Assembly (NCBI GenBank): GCA_050255815.1 | Contig: JBLMVJ010000035.1 | Coordinates: 10,727-74,726 of the forward strand | Source: Candidatus Levyibacteriota bacterium | GTDB taxonomy: Bacteria; Patescibacteriota; Microgenomatia; Levybacterales; GWA1-39-11 | Direction: 5' to 3' | DNA: 64,000 nt | Shown here: piece by piece, positions 29,718 to 40,139 of the stretch | Numbering within the stretch: position 1 is the first letter of the stretch | How the letters are laid out: each line of letters starts with the position of its first letter | The notes under the pieces: model-generated | What the model was told of the DNA's origin: nothing | The model's input: the letters and a program-made list of their open reading frames with translations, nothing else | Database searches by the model: none | Made by a program: the position numbers and the translations under genes

Positions 29718-30587
29718 TTGATTGTAATTACACAATTTAGTTTCCATGAATTTCGCGACCGTAGGGAGCTTATTTCCAAAAATTTCTTTCTTATGTATAA
29801 ATATTTCCGTATCTTCACCAATGTCTGGGGCAAAGCCCTTTCTTACCGGGTCAACTTTATCATGTGGCGTGTCCGTGTGGTGCTCCAACTTCTAACGTTA
29901 TTCTTTTTGTGGTCTACTATTCTCACCAACAGGACTGCTATCTTTGGCTACTCTACTTCCCAAATGCTCACGTACATTTTAGGCACTTCGCTCATTTCTT
30001 CTGTAGTTTTGTCCAGCCGCACTTTTGAAGTAGGAGACCAGATAAATGACGGTACGCTTTCTAATTTTCTGATCAAACCCATGTCCTACATAAAATACTG
30101 GTTCTTTTATGACCTGGGGGATAAAGCCAGCAACATATTTTTCTCTATAATCGAATTAACGATAATCATCTTTCTGTTCCGTCCGCCCCTTTATGTCCAA
30201 ACCAATCCCACCTATCTCATGTTTACCCTGGTTTCCGCGTTTTTAGCATTACTTTTATACTTTTACTTTGGCTTTTTACTGGGGCTTTTAGGATTCTGGA
30301 GCAATGAAGTGTGGGGACCACGCTTTATTTTCTTTATCATCATTAACTTTTTTGCCGGCGCTATGTTCCCGCTGGATGCGCTGCCAAAACAAGTGGTAAG
30401 CGTTCTCCAGCTTTTCCCATTCCCGTACCTTCTATACTTTCCGCTGAAGATTTATTTAGGAAAGATTTCTTTCCCGTTGATTATTCAAGGGCTCTTCATC
30501 TGTTCCGTGTGGATGGTAGGATTGTATTTTATTTGTAAATTTATCTGGTTAAAAGGATTGAAATTGTATGGGGCGCAAGGGAGATGA
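29718..30587 (+). CDS. ABC-2 family transporter permease (paralog 3 of 4)
   Basis: 289 aa polytopic membrane protein with architecture similar to its neighbours. Confidence 0.6.
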   Translation: MIVITQFSFHEFRDRRELISKNFFLMYKYFRIFTNVWGKALSYRVNFIMWRVRVVLQLLTLFFLWSTILTNRTAIFGYSTSQMLTYILGTSLISSVVLSSRTFEVGDQINDGTLSNFLIKPMSYIKYWFFYDLGDKASNIFFSIIELTIIIFLFRPPLYVQTNPTYLMFTLVSAFLALLLYFYFGFLLGLLGFWSNEVWGPRFIFFIIINFFAGAMFPLDALPKQVVSVLQLFPFPYLLYFPLKIYLGKISFPLIIQGLFICSVWMVGLYFICKFIWLKGLKLYGAQGR

Positions 30588-30655
30588 GAATGTATCAAGT
30601 GTTAAGTAGCAAGTAGTATGTATTTTCTTGTGTCTCTTTGACTCTTTTGTAACCT

Positions 30656-31453
30656 TTGACTCTCATAATTATGTCTAAATATTTTAAAATCTGGTTCACT
30701 TCTATGCTGCACCAGGCGCAGACTGCGTTTGCGTCCCGCCTGGGGGTGGTAGTGTTTTTAGTGGGAAAGCTCTTGCGCTTCTACTTTTTCCTCCTCTTCC
30801 TCTTTTTAATAGTCCATCAAACAAAAAGCATAGCGGGATATTCTCTATGGGAAGTAATTTTTTTCTATGCAACGTTTAATTTAATAGATTCTTTTCCCCA
30901 AATGGTCCTCCGATCTGTCTATGGATTTAGGAATTATGTAGTGTCAGGATTTTTTGATTTTTATATGGTCCAACCAGTCTCCCCCCTATTTAGGTCACTT
31001 TTTGGCGGTTCTGATATTCTTGATATCCCAATGCTATTTTTATCTATTGGATATATTATTTATTCTTCATTTATGCTACCCCATTTTTCAATCACCGGCG
31101 TCTTTTTATACATCTTACTGATCTTAAATGCCTTTATTATCTCTTTAGCATTCCATATTCTGGTCTTATCTATTGGGGTTATAAGCACGGAGGTGGATAA
31201 TACGGTAATGCTCTACCGGGACCTGACACAAATGGGAAGGCTGCCTATAGATATTTATAAACAAGCAGTAAGTTTTATCCTGACGTTTGTAATTCCCGTG
31301 GGAGTTATGATCACGTTTCCCGTAAAAGCGCTTCTGGGCGCACTTTCTCTCCAATTCATAGGATACTCTGTGGTATTTTCCGTGGTATTTCTTACGCTCT
31401 CACTCTTTCTCTGGACAAAGTCATTGAAAAATTACACCAGTGCCAGCAGCTAA
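30656..31453 (+). CDS. ABC-2 family transporter permease (paralog 4 of 4)
   Basis: 265 aa polytopic membrane protein. Confidence 0.6.
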   Translation: MTLIIMSKYFKIWFTSMLHQAQTAFASRLGVVVFLVGKLLRFYFFLLFLFLIVHQTKSIAGYSLWEVIFFYATFNLIDSFPQMVLRSVYGFRNYVVSGFFDFYMVQPVSPLFRSLFGGSDILDIPMLFLSIGYIIYSSFMLPHFSITGVFLYILLILNAFIISLAFHILVLSIGVISTEVDNTVMLYRDLTQMGRLPIDIYKQAVSFILTFVIPVGVMITFPVKALLGALSLQFIGYSVVFSVVFLTLSLFLWTKSLKNYTSASS

Positions 31454-31456
31454 TGA

Positions 31457-32062
31457 CTATTTGTTGTACTTGCTCATATAGAGGTCTATGCCGTGTTTTA
31501 CAATAAGCGCTACATCTTTCACCGTCTGGTTCACCATAGTCCTGGTTTTACTCTTATCTGCTGCGGTAAATGCTGCCAGAACATAGCCGCCAACCACCTC
31601 TGAAGTTTGGTTTTTTCCGCGTACTTGGCCTGTTCTACCCGGATGGCCAATACCCAACCGGATCCTGAGGAATTTATCCGTACCCAAGCGTTCTAAAATA
31701 GACTCTACTCCATTATGGCCACCTGATGCCCCGCCAAACCTAATCCTGATTTTCCCCAGGGGTAAATCCAGGTCATCATGGACTATGCAAATATCTTCAG
31801 GTTTTATTTTAAAATAAGAAGAATATAATTGGATTGCTTCACCGGAATTATTCATGAAAGTGGTAGGCTTGAGAAGCACTATTTTCTCCCCTTCTATTTC
31901 TACTTCTGCGGTTAGTGATTTAAACTTTTTCTCTTCACTCCATTCCGTCTTTTTCAATTTTGTATACTTCTTGAGGATAGTGTCCAACGCAATAAATCCC
32001 ACATTATGGCGGGTATTTTCATACTTCTCACCGGGATTTCCAAGACCTACTATTAGCTTCAC
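31457..32062 (-). CDS. pth: Peptidyl-tRNA hydrolase
   Basis: MKLIVGLGNPGEKYENTRHNVGF, the canonical Pth N-terminus. Confidence 0.9.
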   Translation of the reverse strand: MKLIVGLGNPGEKYENTRHNVGFIALDTILKKYTKLKKTEWSEEKKFKSLTAEVEIEGEKIVLLKPTTFMNNSGEAIQLYSSYFKIKPEDICIVHDDLDLPLGKIRIRFGGASGGHNGVESILERLGTDKFLRIRLGIGHPGRTGQVRGKNQTSEVVGGYVLAAFTAADKSKTRTMVNQTVKDVALIVKHGIDLYMSKYNK

Positions 32063-32195
32063 GAATCAATTATATCACGCAAAATTAAGAAAAATGTGAT
32101 GTTTGTCACAGAAAACTAACAGGGAATGAAATATTCGAGTTAATAAGACCTTTCCGCGCTAAAACGTGGACTTCGCCTGCTTTTTGAAAAAAGTT

Positions 32196-33350
32196 TTAAT
32201 AATTTTTGCCGGGGTTGGTGATGAGGACTTCATGGGGGTGGGATTCCGTAAGGGAGGCCTGGGTAATCTGGATGAAACGGACCTTTTTCTGCAATTCAGG
32301 AATAGTCTTTGCTCCTACATAAAACATGCCGGACTTCATACCACCTATTGCCTGGCTCAGAATGTCTTGTAGGTTTCCTTTTACCGGTACCAGTCCCTCT
32401 ACCCCTTCAGCAACTAGTACTTTATCTTTATAAGATTTACCGTGGTACTCATCCTCACTCTTTATTTTTGCCCCGTGCTGCATAGCGCCAACAGACCCCA
32501 TTCCCCGGTAAGATTTAAAGCGGTAAACTTTCTGATCTTTCTTCCAGATACTCTTAAAACGGGTCGGGACATTTTCCGCAGTTAATTCTATTACCTCTCC
32601 CGGCGCTTCTTCTGTGGAAGCAAAAAAGGAACCCATCATAACCGTTTCAGCGCCTGCTGCAAGGGCTTTCACCATGTCACCTGAGTACTTGATACCCCCG
32701 TCTGCAATAACCGGCACCCCATGCTTTTTAGCGGCCCTTACGGTTTCCATAATGGCAGTTATCTGAGGAACTCCCATCCCTGAGATAATCCGGGTAGTAC
32801 AAATGGCACCAGGACCCATCCCTACTCTCAATGAATCTGCTCCTGCTTTACATAAATCTTCTGCTGCGTCATATGTAGCAATATTTCCTATAATAAGCTC
32901 TACTTTTGGATAATTCTTTTTGATAAATTTGGTGGCTTCTATGAATTTATTAGTCCACCCGTGTGCTGAGTCTAGCACTATAACATCTGCGCCTGCTTTC
33001 AGAAGTGCTTCCAAACGTTCTTTGTAACCGTCCGAAACACCAATAGCAGCACCTACTAAAAGCTTCTCTTTCTTTACCTGATAAACTTCTTCTGCTTGTC
33101 TTATAGGAGTGAGATTTCTATGGATAATTCCTATACCACCTAATTTTGCCAGCCCTATGGCCAGCTCAGATTCAGTTACGGTATCCATGGGAGCGGAAAC
33201 AAAGGGAGATTGTAAAGAGATTTTTTTAGTTAAACGGGTGGAAAGGTCTATATCAGAACGGGAAAAATCAGAATAACCGGGGGTAAGCAAAACATCATCA
33301 AAGGTGAGACCTACGGGAAGTTGATTTAGGGTACCAGAAGTAGCTGCCAT
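32196..33350 (-). CDS. guaB: IMP dehydrogenase/GMP reductase family protein (short form lacking the CBS pair)
   Basis: TIM-barrel IMPDH motifs: GIGIIHRN, catalytic loop [19 protein letters not shown]. Confidence 0.8.
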   Translation of the reverse strand: MAATSGTLNQLPVGLTFDDVLLTPGYSDFSRSDIDLSTRLTKKISLQSPFVSAPMDTVTESELAIGLAKLGGIGIIHRNLTPIRQAEEVYQVKKEKLLVGAAIGVSDGYKERLEALLKAGADVIVLDSAHGWTNKFIEATKFIKKNYPKVELIIGNIATYDAAEDLCKAGADSLRVGMGPGAICTTRIISGMGVPQITAIMETVRAAKKHGVPVIADGGIKYSGDMVKALAAGAETVMMGSFFASTEEAPGEVIELTAENVPTRFKSIWKKDQKVYRFKSYRGMGSVGAMQHGAKIKSEDEYHGKSYKDKVLVAEGVEGLVPVKGNLQDILSQAIGGMKSGMFYVGAKTIPELQKKVRFIQITQASLTESHPHEVLITNPGKNY

Positions 33351-33430
33351 GATTAATGATACAGCACGCTCCCTGTATTGTCAATAATAGTAGATGAAAG
33401 GGAAATCGCAGGGAAAGTGGAGGTAAAACA

Positions 33431-33446
33431 CTTCACTCGCTAATAA
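33431..33446. repeat. Left arm (TAATAATTGGAAGAAT) of a perfect 16-bp inverted repeat bracketing the 23S-5S unit. Its partner is at 38079-38094.
   Basis: Exact reverse complements read directly. Likely the long-range leader/trailer processing stem of the pre-rRNA. Confidence 0.7.
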
Positions 33447-33450
33447 TTGG

Positions 33451-33484
33451 AAGAATAACTAAACCGATTTTGCTCCTCAGTCCT
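33451..33484 (-). repeat. Partial duplicate of the 5S rRNA 3' end plus its downstream flank (about 34 nt)
   Basis: AAACCGATTTTGCTCCTCAGTCCTGGCCTTGACC at 33451-33484 versus AAACCGGCTTTGCCCTTCAGTCCTGGCCTTGACC at 33581-33614. Confidence 0.6.
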
Positions 33485-33523
33485 GGCCTTGACCTTAGGC
33501 GCGCAGTCCCAAAGGGGGACGAG
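33485..33523. repeat. Motif TTAGGCGCGCAGT-hairpin(GTCCCAAAGGGGGAC)-CGAGCACCGCAAGT. A second copy is at 44883-44923.
   Basis: Conserved 13-nt and 12-nt flanks around different hairpins in the two copies. CGAGCACCGC also occurs at 12044-12053. Confidence 0.6.
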
Positions 33524-33596
33524 CACCGCAAGTCAAGCAACTGGAATGGAAACAAAACAGTACAAATGTAGTAGATGATAAACCGGCTTTGCCCTT

Positions 33597-33719
33597 CAGT
33601 CCTGGCCTTGACCTATCTTCCCATGTTGTGTAACAACAAAGTATTGTGAGCGCTGACGTGTTTCACTTCTCTGTTCGGAATGGGAAGAGGTGGGACCACA
33701 TCGCTCTAAAGACCAAGAC
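33597..33719 (-). rRNA. rrf: 5S ribosomal RNA
   Basis: The reverse complement contains GTGGTCCCACC..CCCATTCCGAACAGAGAAGTGAAAC..GCCAGGAC, matching conserved 5S blocks. Ends are approximate. Confidence 0.8.
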
Positions 33720-34000
33720 TCAAGAGCAAAACCGGTAAGATCCGAATCTACTCGAATAGTTTGGGGTAACTTCTAGGCTACCCCATTCTTCTCGAATATT
33801 TCGAATTAACATTAACAAACACTAGCGCATTCGAATTGATTCGATTTAAATTCGAACCATTCGAGAATGATTTCTTAGAATCCACGCTATTTGGATCGAC
33901 CTATTAGTACAACTTCGCTGAAACAGTTACCTGTCTTACACGTGTTGCCTATCAACCTGATGGTCTCTCAGGGGTCTAAAAGAGATCTTATCTTAGGGTG

Positions 34001-34033
<33 letters not shown>

Positions 34034-34268
34034 CATGGAAATCTAGCTACCCAGCAGTGCACTTGTAAGTACAACTGGCACACCAGGGATTTCCTCACCC
34101 CAGTCCTCTCGTACTAGGGGCGACTCCCTTCAAATCTCAAACGGTTGTCCTGGATAGAGTCCGAACTGTCTTACGACGTTCTTAACCCAGCTCGCGTACC
34201 TTTTTAACTGGCGAACAGCCAGACGCTTGGGAGCTTCTCCACCCCCGCGCTAAGATGAGCCGACATCG

Positions 34269-34699
34269 CTGTCAATCCAATCAGTAATTAAGAAAGACTT
34301 AAAAACTTAAAACTGATGGTGATACTCTTGTTACCAAGAGCCTCTGACTATACCTTCATCCGCCAACTGGCGGAGCTAGTCGTATGATACAGATTATAAA
34401 TTTCTCTTTATGAGATGAATCCATATCTCACCCTCTCACCTATGCTGGTGAGGGGTTCAGTCGATAGGGTCCAAAAGAAATTTAAAATTCAGAAGTTAAA
34501 ATTCAGAATTAAATTCTTAATTCTGAAATCTGAATTCTTAACTCTATTTGAACCTCGGTATTACCCTCTTGTGTTCAGAAAGTAGGGTTTCACCGATTTG
34601 GACTAGTTATTTAAATTATTAGTACCTTGTTTTTTGACTCAAATACTAATAAATACAGGCAAGAGTATTACTACTCAGGCGCCCCGATATTTTCATATA
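34269..34699 (-). other. Group-I-intron-like insertion of 431 nt with no ORF in 23S, at the E. coli position equivalent to about 2500 (GGCACCU^CGAUGUCGGC)
   Basis: Exon junctions inferred by alignment to the recalled E. coli 23S. The 5' exon ends in U and the insert ends in G. It contains a GAATTC-rich AT tract and a CTCACC..GGTGAG hairpin. Confidence 0.5.
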
Positions 34700-34742
34700 A
34701 GGTGCCAAACCGCATCGTCGCTGTGGACGCTTGGATGCGATC

Positions 34743-34775
<33 letters not shown>

Positions 34776-35229
34776 AAGCTACGTCCCAACCACTAAGGAA
34801 CGCAGGATCACTAACACCTGCTTTCGCACCTGCTCGACTTGTAGGTCTCGCAGTCAAGCTGGCTTGTGCGTTTGCACAATACGCTCCGATTTCCGTCCGG
34901 AGTTAGCCAACCTTTGTACGCCTCCGTTGCACTTTAGGAGGCAACCTCCCCAGTTAAACTGCCCACCAGACACTGTCTTTTAGCCGTATTTTTATGCGGC
35001 ATTAAAGTAATGCTCACTCATCTTAAAGAGAGGTATTTCATTGATGACCGAAGTCTCCCTCCTATACTAAACAGTTAAAATAAGCTTGCAAATGTCAAGC
35101 TACAGTAAAGCTCCCGGGGTCTTTTTGTCCTAGGACAACCAGGCCGCGTCTTCACAGCCATCTCAATTTCGCCGTGTAAATGTTCAAGACAGTTACTCAG
35201 TCGTTCTACCTTTCGTGCGGGTCGGAACT

Positions 35230-35547
35230 CCATTGTTTTAATGTTCCAACATGGAACCTCACAGTCGCCTGTGAGATCGGACTATATCTTTCCCTTACCA
35301 AATTGGTGAGGGATCTAGCGTCTAGTCTCTGAGGGTTTTCCGATAAATCGGAATCTTCCCTGCTGATTGGCTCCACCAAGCAGATTTTTACTCTTACGAG
35401 TACTGTTGGATACTGAGCTGTTCCAGCAAATAGCTAGATTTTACACTCATTTAGGTTAACGATTGTGTTCTTACGTGACTGTTTTGCTTGTTCCTGATGT
35501 GTATCCCGATTAGATCGGGACTCGGGCAAGTTGATTTGACCCAAACC
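35230..35547 (-). other. Group-I-intron-like insertion of 318 nt with no ORF in 23S, at the E. coli position equivalent to about 1917 (GUCGGGU^AGUUCCGAC)
   Basis: Flanking exon sequence CCTTGTCGGGTT | AGTTCCGACC. The insert ends in G. It contains TCCCGATTAGATCGGGACT and TTCCGATAAATCGGAA hairpins. Confidence 0.5.
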
Positions 35548-37360
35548 AACCCGACAAGGAACTTCGCTACCATAGAACAGTTATAGTTACTGCTGCCGTT
35601 CACCGGAGCTTTAGAAAGCGGCTCCACCTTGCGGTTTCACCACCCACTATTGACTTACCGGCACTGGGCAGGTGTCAGCCCCTATACGTTACCTTTCGGT
35701 TTTGCAGGGACCTGTGTTTTAGATAAACAGTCGCTAAGTAATCTTTTGCTTAACCTGGATGTTACTCCAGGCAGGGCATCTCCCATAGGTTACGCCCAGC
35801 TTTTGTTGCCGAGTTCCTTGAACATTTGTCTCACGGTCGCCTTAGTCTACTCGACCAATCCACCTGTGTCGGTTATGCGGTACGGCAAAATATAGCACTC
35901 CTCACGAATCTTTTCCTGAAGACTGAAACTTACGATCCTCACCCTACTTTCTTGCGATTTCAGATTTGCATTCGCCACTTAATTAAACACTTTGACGGAT
36001 TTGCCCATCAAAACTATCTTATGGCTTGGACCCTGTTTACAGGGCGATCCTTTCCACTCTTGTCCATCCTTGAGTAATAACGCACTATACTCTGTAGCAG
36101 AATATTAACTGCTTGTCCATCCGGCTACCCCGCGCTTTATGACGGGCCACCGTTAGGAGCCGACTAACGCTGCGCTGACTTACATTGCGCAGCAAACCTT
36201 GGATTTTCGGCGGACGCCGTTCTCAGGCGTCATTCGCTACTCATGCCGGCATTCTCACTTGTAAACGCTCCACCATACCTTACAGTACAGCTTCGCTGCA
36301 TTTACGACGCTCCCCTACCACTTGCTCCGATAAATCGGAGTCAAATCTCCATCGTCGGTATTAAGCTTAATCCTCGATCATTTCCGGCGCCATTCTCCAA
36401 TGTCGACTAGTGAGCTGTTACGCTTTCTTTAAAGGATGGCTGCTTCTGAGCCAACCTCCTAGCTGTCTATGGAAAATGACTTCCTTATCAACTTAGCTTA
36501 AATTTAGAGACCTTAGATGGGAGTCTGGGCTGTTTCCCTTTAGACCCACGAGCTTAGCCCCGCAAGTCTGACTCTCTATTAAGTTTTTACGGTATTCGGA
36601 GTTTGATTGATCCTGAAAAGTTGCCTCTCCAGAGACCATTCAGTGCTCTACCCCCGTAAAAACATACAAAAGGCTATACCAAAATATATTTCGGGGAGAA
36701 CCAGCTATCTCCAGGTTCGTTTAGTATGTCACCCCTTACCACAAGTCGTCTCAGATCATTGCTGCGATCACGAGTTCGGGCCTTCCTCATCCTTTCGAAC
36801 AAGTTCACCCTGCTCATGGTAAGCTCACCTGGTTTCGGGTCTTTTGCAATGCGCATTTAGGTATCCCAGTTAGAGATCGCTTTCACTATGCCTCCCCCCT
36901 CACCTTTCCAACGAAAATTCCAACCTTTGTTTTAAATCGAGCTTGTTTCGATAATATTTCAAAGTGGTAATCCTCATTAGAATGGTGAGGGGTTAGACTG
37001 CGCAATACAAAAACTCACCGGCTCATTCTTCAATAGGCACGACGTTATACCCTTGCGGGCACTTCGTCTGCTTGTTAGCTAATAGTTTCAGTAACTCTTT
37101 CATTCCCCTCCCGGGGTGCTTTTCACCTTTCCCTCGCGGTACTAGTTCACTATCGGTAGATGTTGATATTTAGCTTTGGAGCGTGGTCGCCCCGGCTTCC
37201 CACAGGGTTTAATCGTACCCCATGGTACTCAGGAACAGGCAAGAAGTGAAAATCATTTCAAATACGGGACTATCACCCTCTTTGGTCTCTTTTTCCAAAA
37301 CGTTCTTCTATGATTTCCATTTGTGACTTCTTTTGCATTTAAGCAAGCCGTCCTACAACC

Positions 37361-37660
37361 CCCCTCACCTTTTTATCACTAACCTTTTTAAAAGTTCTTG
37401 CCAAGCTTTTGCGCGCTTCTTAAGCGCCTGCTCTCTTCTAAAAGCTAATTTATAAGAAGTATATGCTTCATAATAAATAAGCTCCCATGGCAAAAACTTT
37501 TTAGTATATATAGACTTTCCTTTATTATGGTCCGTAAATCGAGTTTTAAGATCTTTTGTTGAACCAATATAAAACTGGTCGAACTTTACACTCTTAAGAA
37601 TATACGTGTAGAACATAAGTCTATTATAGTTATTTAAGTTAGGAACAAAAAGGTGAGGGG
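37361..37660 (-). mobile_element. 300-nt insertion in 23S domain I, bounded by a perfect 14-bp inverted repeat (CCCCTCACCTTTTT / AAAAAGGTGAGGGG), encoding a GIY-YIG nuclease. An IVS-like or mini mobile element.
   Basis: Located between the conserved 23S blocks AGTAGCGGCGAGCGAACG and GGGTGATAGTCCCGTA. The terminal inverted repeats were read directly. Confidence 0.6.
37365..37616 (-). CDS. Standalone GIY-YIG nuclease domain protein (YhbQ/UPF0213-like, 83 aa) embedded in the 23S rRNA insertion
   Basis: YTYILKS..FYIGSTKDLKTRFTDHNKG..E has the GIY-YIG layout. Same strand as the rRNA. The stop codon lies inside the left inverted-repeat arm. Confidence 0.7.
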   Translation of the reverse strand: MFYTYILKSVKFDQFYIGSTKDLKTRFTDHNKGKSIYTKKFLPWELIYYEAYTSYKLAFRREQALKKRAKAWQELLKRLVIKR

Positions 37661-38078
37661 TTTGAGCTGTTCCGCGTTCGCTCGCCGCTACTGACGGAAT
37701 CTCTGTGATTTCTTTTCCTCGGACTACTTAGATGTTTCAGTTGGTCCGGTATCCCGCCGACTACTAATATATTAATCTTGCGACTAATAACTTCATAGCA
37801 GGCTCCCAGTTAAACTGGGGGGTTTCCCCATTCGGACACCACCGGATCATAATGTCTTCGGCCATTCCCCGGTGATTTTCGCGAGCCAGATGCGTCCTTC
37901 TTCGGTCAACACCTCCTAGGCATCCACTATTAGCATGAATCAAATAGCGTAGATTCTAAAAAACCAATTCATTAAAAACCATGCCTCGGCTTGAAACATG
38001 GAAAATCCGCCACCCGGCGGATTTTTTTAATCCTCCGTCCCGATTAGATCGGGACTTCGGCCTAGTTGTTTGTTTGTA

Positions 38079-38094
38079 ATTCTTCCAATTATTA
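38079..38094. repeat. Right arm (ATTCTTCCAATTATTA) of the 16-bp inverted repeat bracketing the rRNA unit
   Basis: Perfect reverse complement of 33431-33446. It lies in the 23S leader between tRNA-Ala and the 23S 5' end. Confidence 0.7.
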
Positions 38095-38222
38095 ATGAGC
38101 AAAACGCTTTTTGCGTTGCCCTCGGATGTAATCCGAGGCCATATCTCTCCTGTACTCGTTTCTCGCCGGGAAGTATATTGCCCTTCCACCAGCGAGGAAC
38201 CAATACAAGAAAACTAAAAAAG

Positions 38223-38295
38223 TGGACCCAAGGAGATTTGAACTCCTGACCTCGTCATTGCAAATGACGCGCTCTACCAGCTAAGCTATGGGCCC
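38223..38295 (-). tRNA. tRNA-Ala (anticodon UGC)
   Basis: Reverse complement GGGCCCATAGCTTAGCTGGTAGAGCGCGTCATTTGCAATGACGAGGTCAGGAGTTCAAATCTCCTTGGGTCCA. G3:U70 Ala identity pair. Anticodon loop TTTGCAA. TTCAAAT T-loop. No encoded CCA. Confidence 0.9.
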
Positions 38296-38560
38296 CGAGT
38301 GTAACGAGGGGCACACAAGGTTCTGATTTCGCAGAAATCAGGTTCTTATGGGCCCTTGAGATATATTGCAATCACTCAAACCTGCTTACCTAAGCATGAA
38401 GCTTGGCAAAGCGGTCCACAAAAAAGACATTTTCAAACCAAAACAGGGAATCAAAAAAAATAGAAACGCGAGCAACAGGGATCGAGATTACTCGATGTAT
38501 TGAGGTTAAATTACGTTTTTCGTCATAAAATAGGCTTGATTTCCCGTAAAGGTAAAGACT

Positions 38561-38589
38561 ATTCTAGCTTTATTTGAGGCTCTTGTCAA
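38561..38589 (-). promoter_or_regulatory. Near-consensus sigma70-type promoter (TTGACA-17-TAGAAT) for the tRNA-Ala-23S-5S unit
   Basis: On the minus strand the -35 lies within a CTCTTGACAAGAG palindrome (plus 38584-38589) and the -10 is TAGAAT (plus 38561-38566), about 260 nt upstream of the tRNA. Confidence 0.45.
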
Positions 38590-38604
38590 GAGTCAAGAAA
38601 ATAC

Positions 38605-40068
38605 TCAGGATGCAATCTTTTCTTCACTTTCCGGAGCAGCAAAAACAGTACTGGGTTTTAAAAGCATGCTGGTAGCATAATACACCATGCCTGCAGTCCA
38701 AGCTTGATCCAAAGCGCTTGTCTGTCCTGAAAACCTGTCCCGCCAGCGCACATAGGCTCCGGTTTCATCCCGTTTAAACATCTCTATATTAGAACCAAAC
38801 TCACGGATCCGCTCCAGTGATGCTTCTAAAACTTCTTCTGCTTCCCGCCGGTATCCCCTTTTATCCAGTCCTATCGCGGCAAGACCGGACATAAATGGCC
38901 AGTATGTCTCCGGACCATTATGATACCCGTCAGGGTCATGCACTTTTGTATATTTCCCATATGTCCTAAAGCCAGCCTCAGGGTTAAACAGGTCTTCCAT
39001 AAACCCCCGCTTTACCAGATCATGGATATATTGCTCTTCTACTACACTCTCCCCTTTGTGGGTTGCCCACAGGGCAAGTATTGGATCAACCGTAATATTG
39101 GTCACTCTTCTATTGTCTTCATCCAGCGCTTCCGCAAAATACCAAAGATCGGCTTTTTGATCCCGCATAAGAAATCCCCCTTCCGCAGAGTTGAACCGGG
39201 CCTTTAGCTCTGCAGCTTCTTGCCGCAATGTTTCAGCGTAGGCAGGATCTACTCCTTCAAAAAAATCAGCTCCATACCTAAGCGCTCCCCACACAAAAAT
39301 ATTTACCTCAACCGGCTTCCTCCCGAATGGCTTACGGGGATCCCTTCCCTTTTCTTCTGTCACATCATTCTCATGAAGCATGCTGTATGCACTATCTTTC
39401 CAGTTTTGGTTTAAAAGGCCGCCAAATTTCCGGTTAGGATTATAGGAAAAGCCCGCAAATCCGTTGTATTCCCGGATATTTCTCCTGCACCATTCCAGCT
39501 CTTGCTTCATAACCGCCCGCTGCTCAGGGGTAGGATCAAATATCTTCTCCTGGTATAGTTCTCCTTTCAGGATGACGTCTAAAGGAGTTGCATCAGCGCT
39601 GTCCCAGTTTTTCATAATCCCGTCTTTATCTACAAACCATGGACGCTCTCCCCGCGCCAACTGTTCATCAGTCCTGGTTATTAAATGCTCATACCCGGTT
39701 TTTCTGGCTTCATGGATGCTCTGTCCTGCCCAAACACCCAGCTCAGGGTCATCTGCAGGTGCAATATAATAATCCATAGCAAAAAATCCGTTAATAGCAC
39801 GGTTAAACAAAGATCTTTCTGCGGGACTCAGGGTTGTTTTATCCTTAAACGTTTCCAGAAGATAACTAAACGTAATGTAGGTATCGCGCCCAAAATGGGC
39901 ATGATACATTCCTTCAGACCCTTTTGAAGATGAGGCAAAATAGCCTTCATCTGTAATAAGTTCATCTAAATTCTCAAGGGCACGCGCCTGAAGCTTTACG
40001 AGGTCTCTTGTGCTCAACCTATGTTCTGAAGGAATGGATCTTGTCCTACTCTCTAAGTAGTTGTTCAT
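38605..40068 (-). CDS. Six-hairpin (alpha/alpha)6 glycoside hydrolase, glycogen-debranching/GH63/GH100-like
   Basis: 487 aa. The HAHFGRDT motif and overall (alpha/alpha)6-barrel-like conservation. The exact family was not resolved. Confidence 0.5.
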   Translation of the reverse strand: MNNYLESRTRSIPSEHRLSTRDLVKLQARALENLDELITDEGYFASSSKGSEGMYHAHFGRDTYITFSYLLETFKDKTTLSPAERSLFNRAINGFFAMDYYIAPADDPELGVWAGQSIHEARKTGYEHLITRTDEQLARGERPWFVDKDGIMKNWDSADATPLDVILKGELYQEKIFDPTPEQRAVMKQELEWCRRNIREYNGFAGFSYNPNRKFGGLLNQNWKDSAYSMLHENDVTEEKGRDPRKPFGRKPVEVNIFVWGALRYGADFFEGVDPAYAETLRQEAAELKARFNSAEGGFLMRDQKADLWYFAEALDEDNRRVTNITVDPILALWATHKGESVVEEQYIHDLVKRGFMEDLFNPEAGFRTYGKYTKVHDPDGYHNGPETYWPFMSGLAAIGLDKRGYRREAEEVLEASLERIREFGSNIEMFKRDETGAYVRWRDRFSGQTSALDQAWTAGMVYYATSMLLKPSTVFAAPESEEKIAS

Positions 40069-40139
40069 AACGCCGAGAATAGGATATACCTACGGGAAAA
40101 AATCTGCAAGCTGGGCAAAAGATTAAAGTAATCTATTGT

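Noticed and set aside
33740-33870. TTCGAA(T)/ATTCGAG palindromes in the 23S-5S spacer, with similar ATTCGAG hits at 52395, 54975 and 55030
   Set aside because: A 6-7-nt AT-rich motif is expected to recur often in a 38% GC genome. Only the local clustering in the spacer seems noteworthy, and that is mentioned under the rRNA finding.
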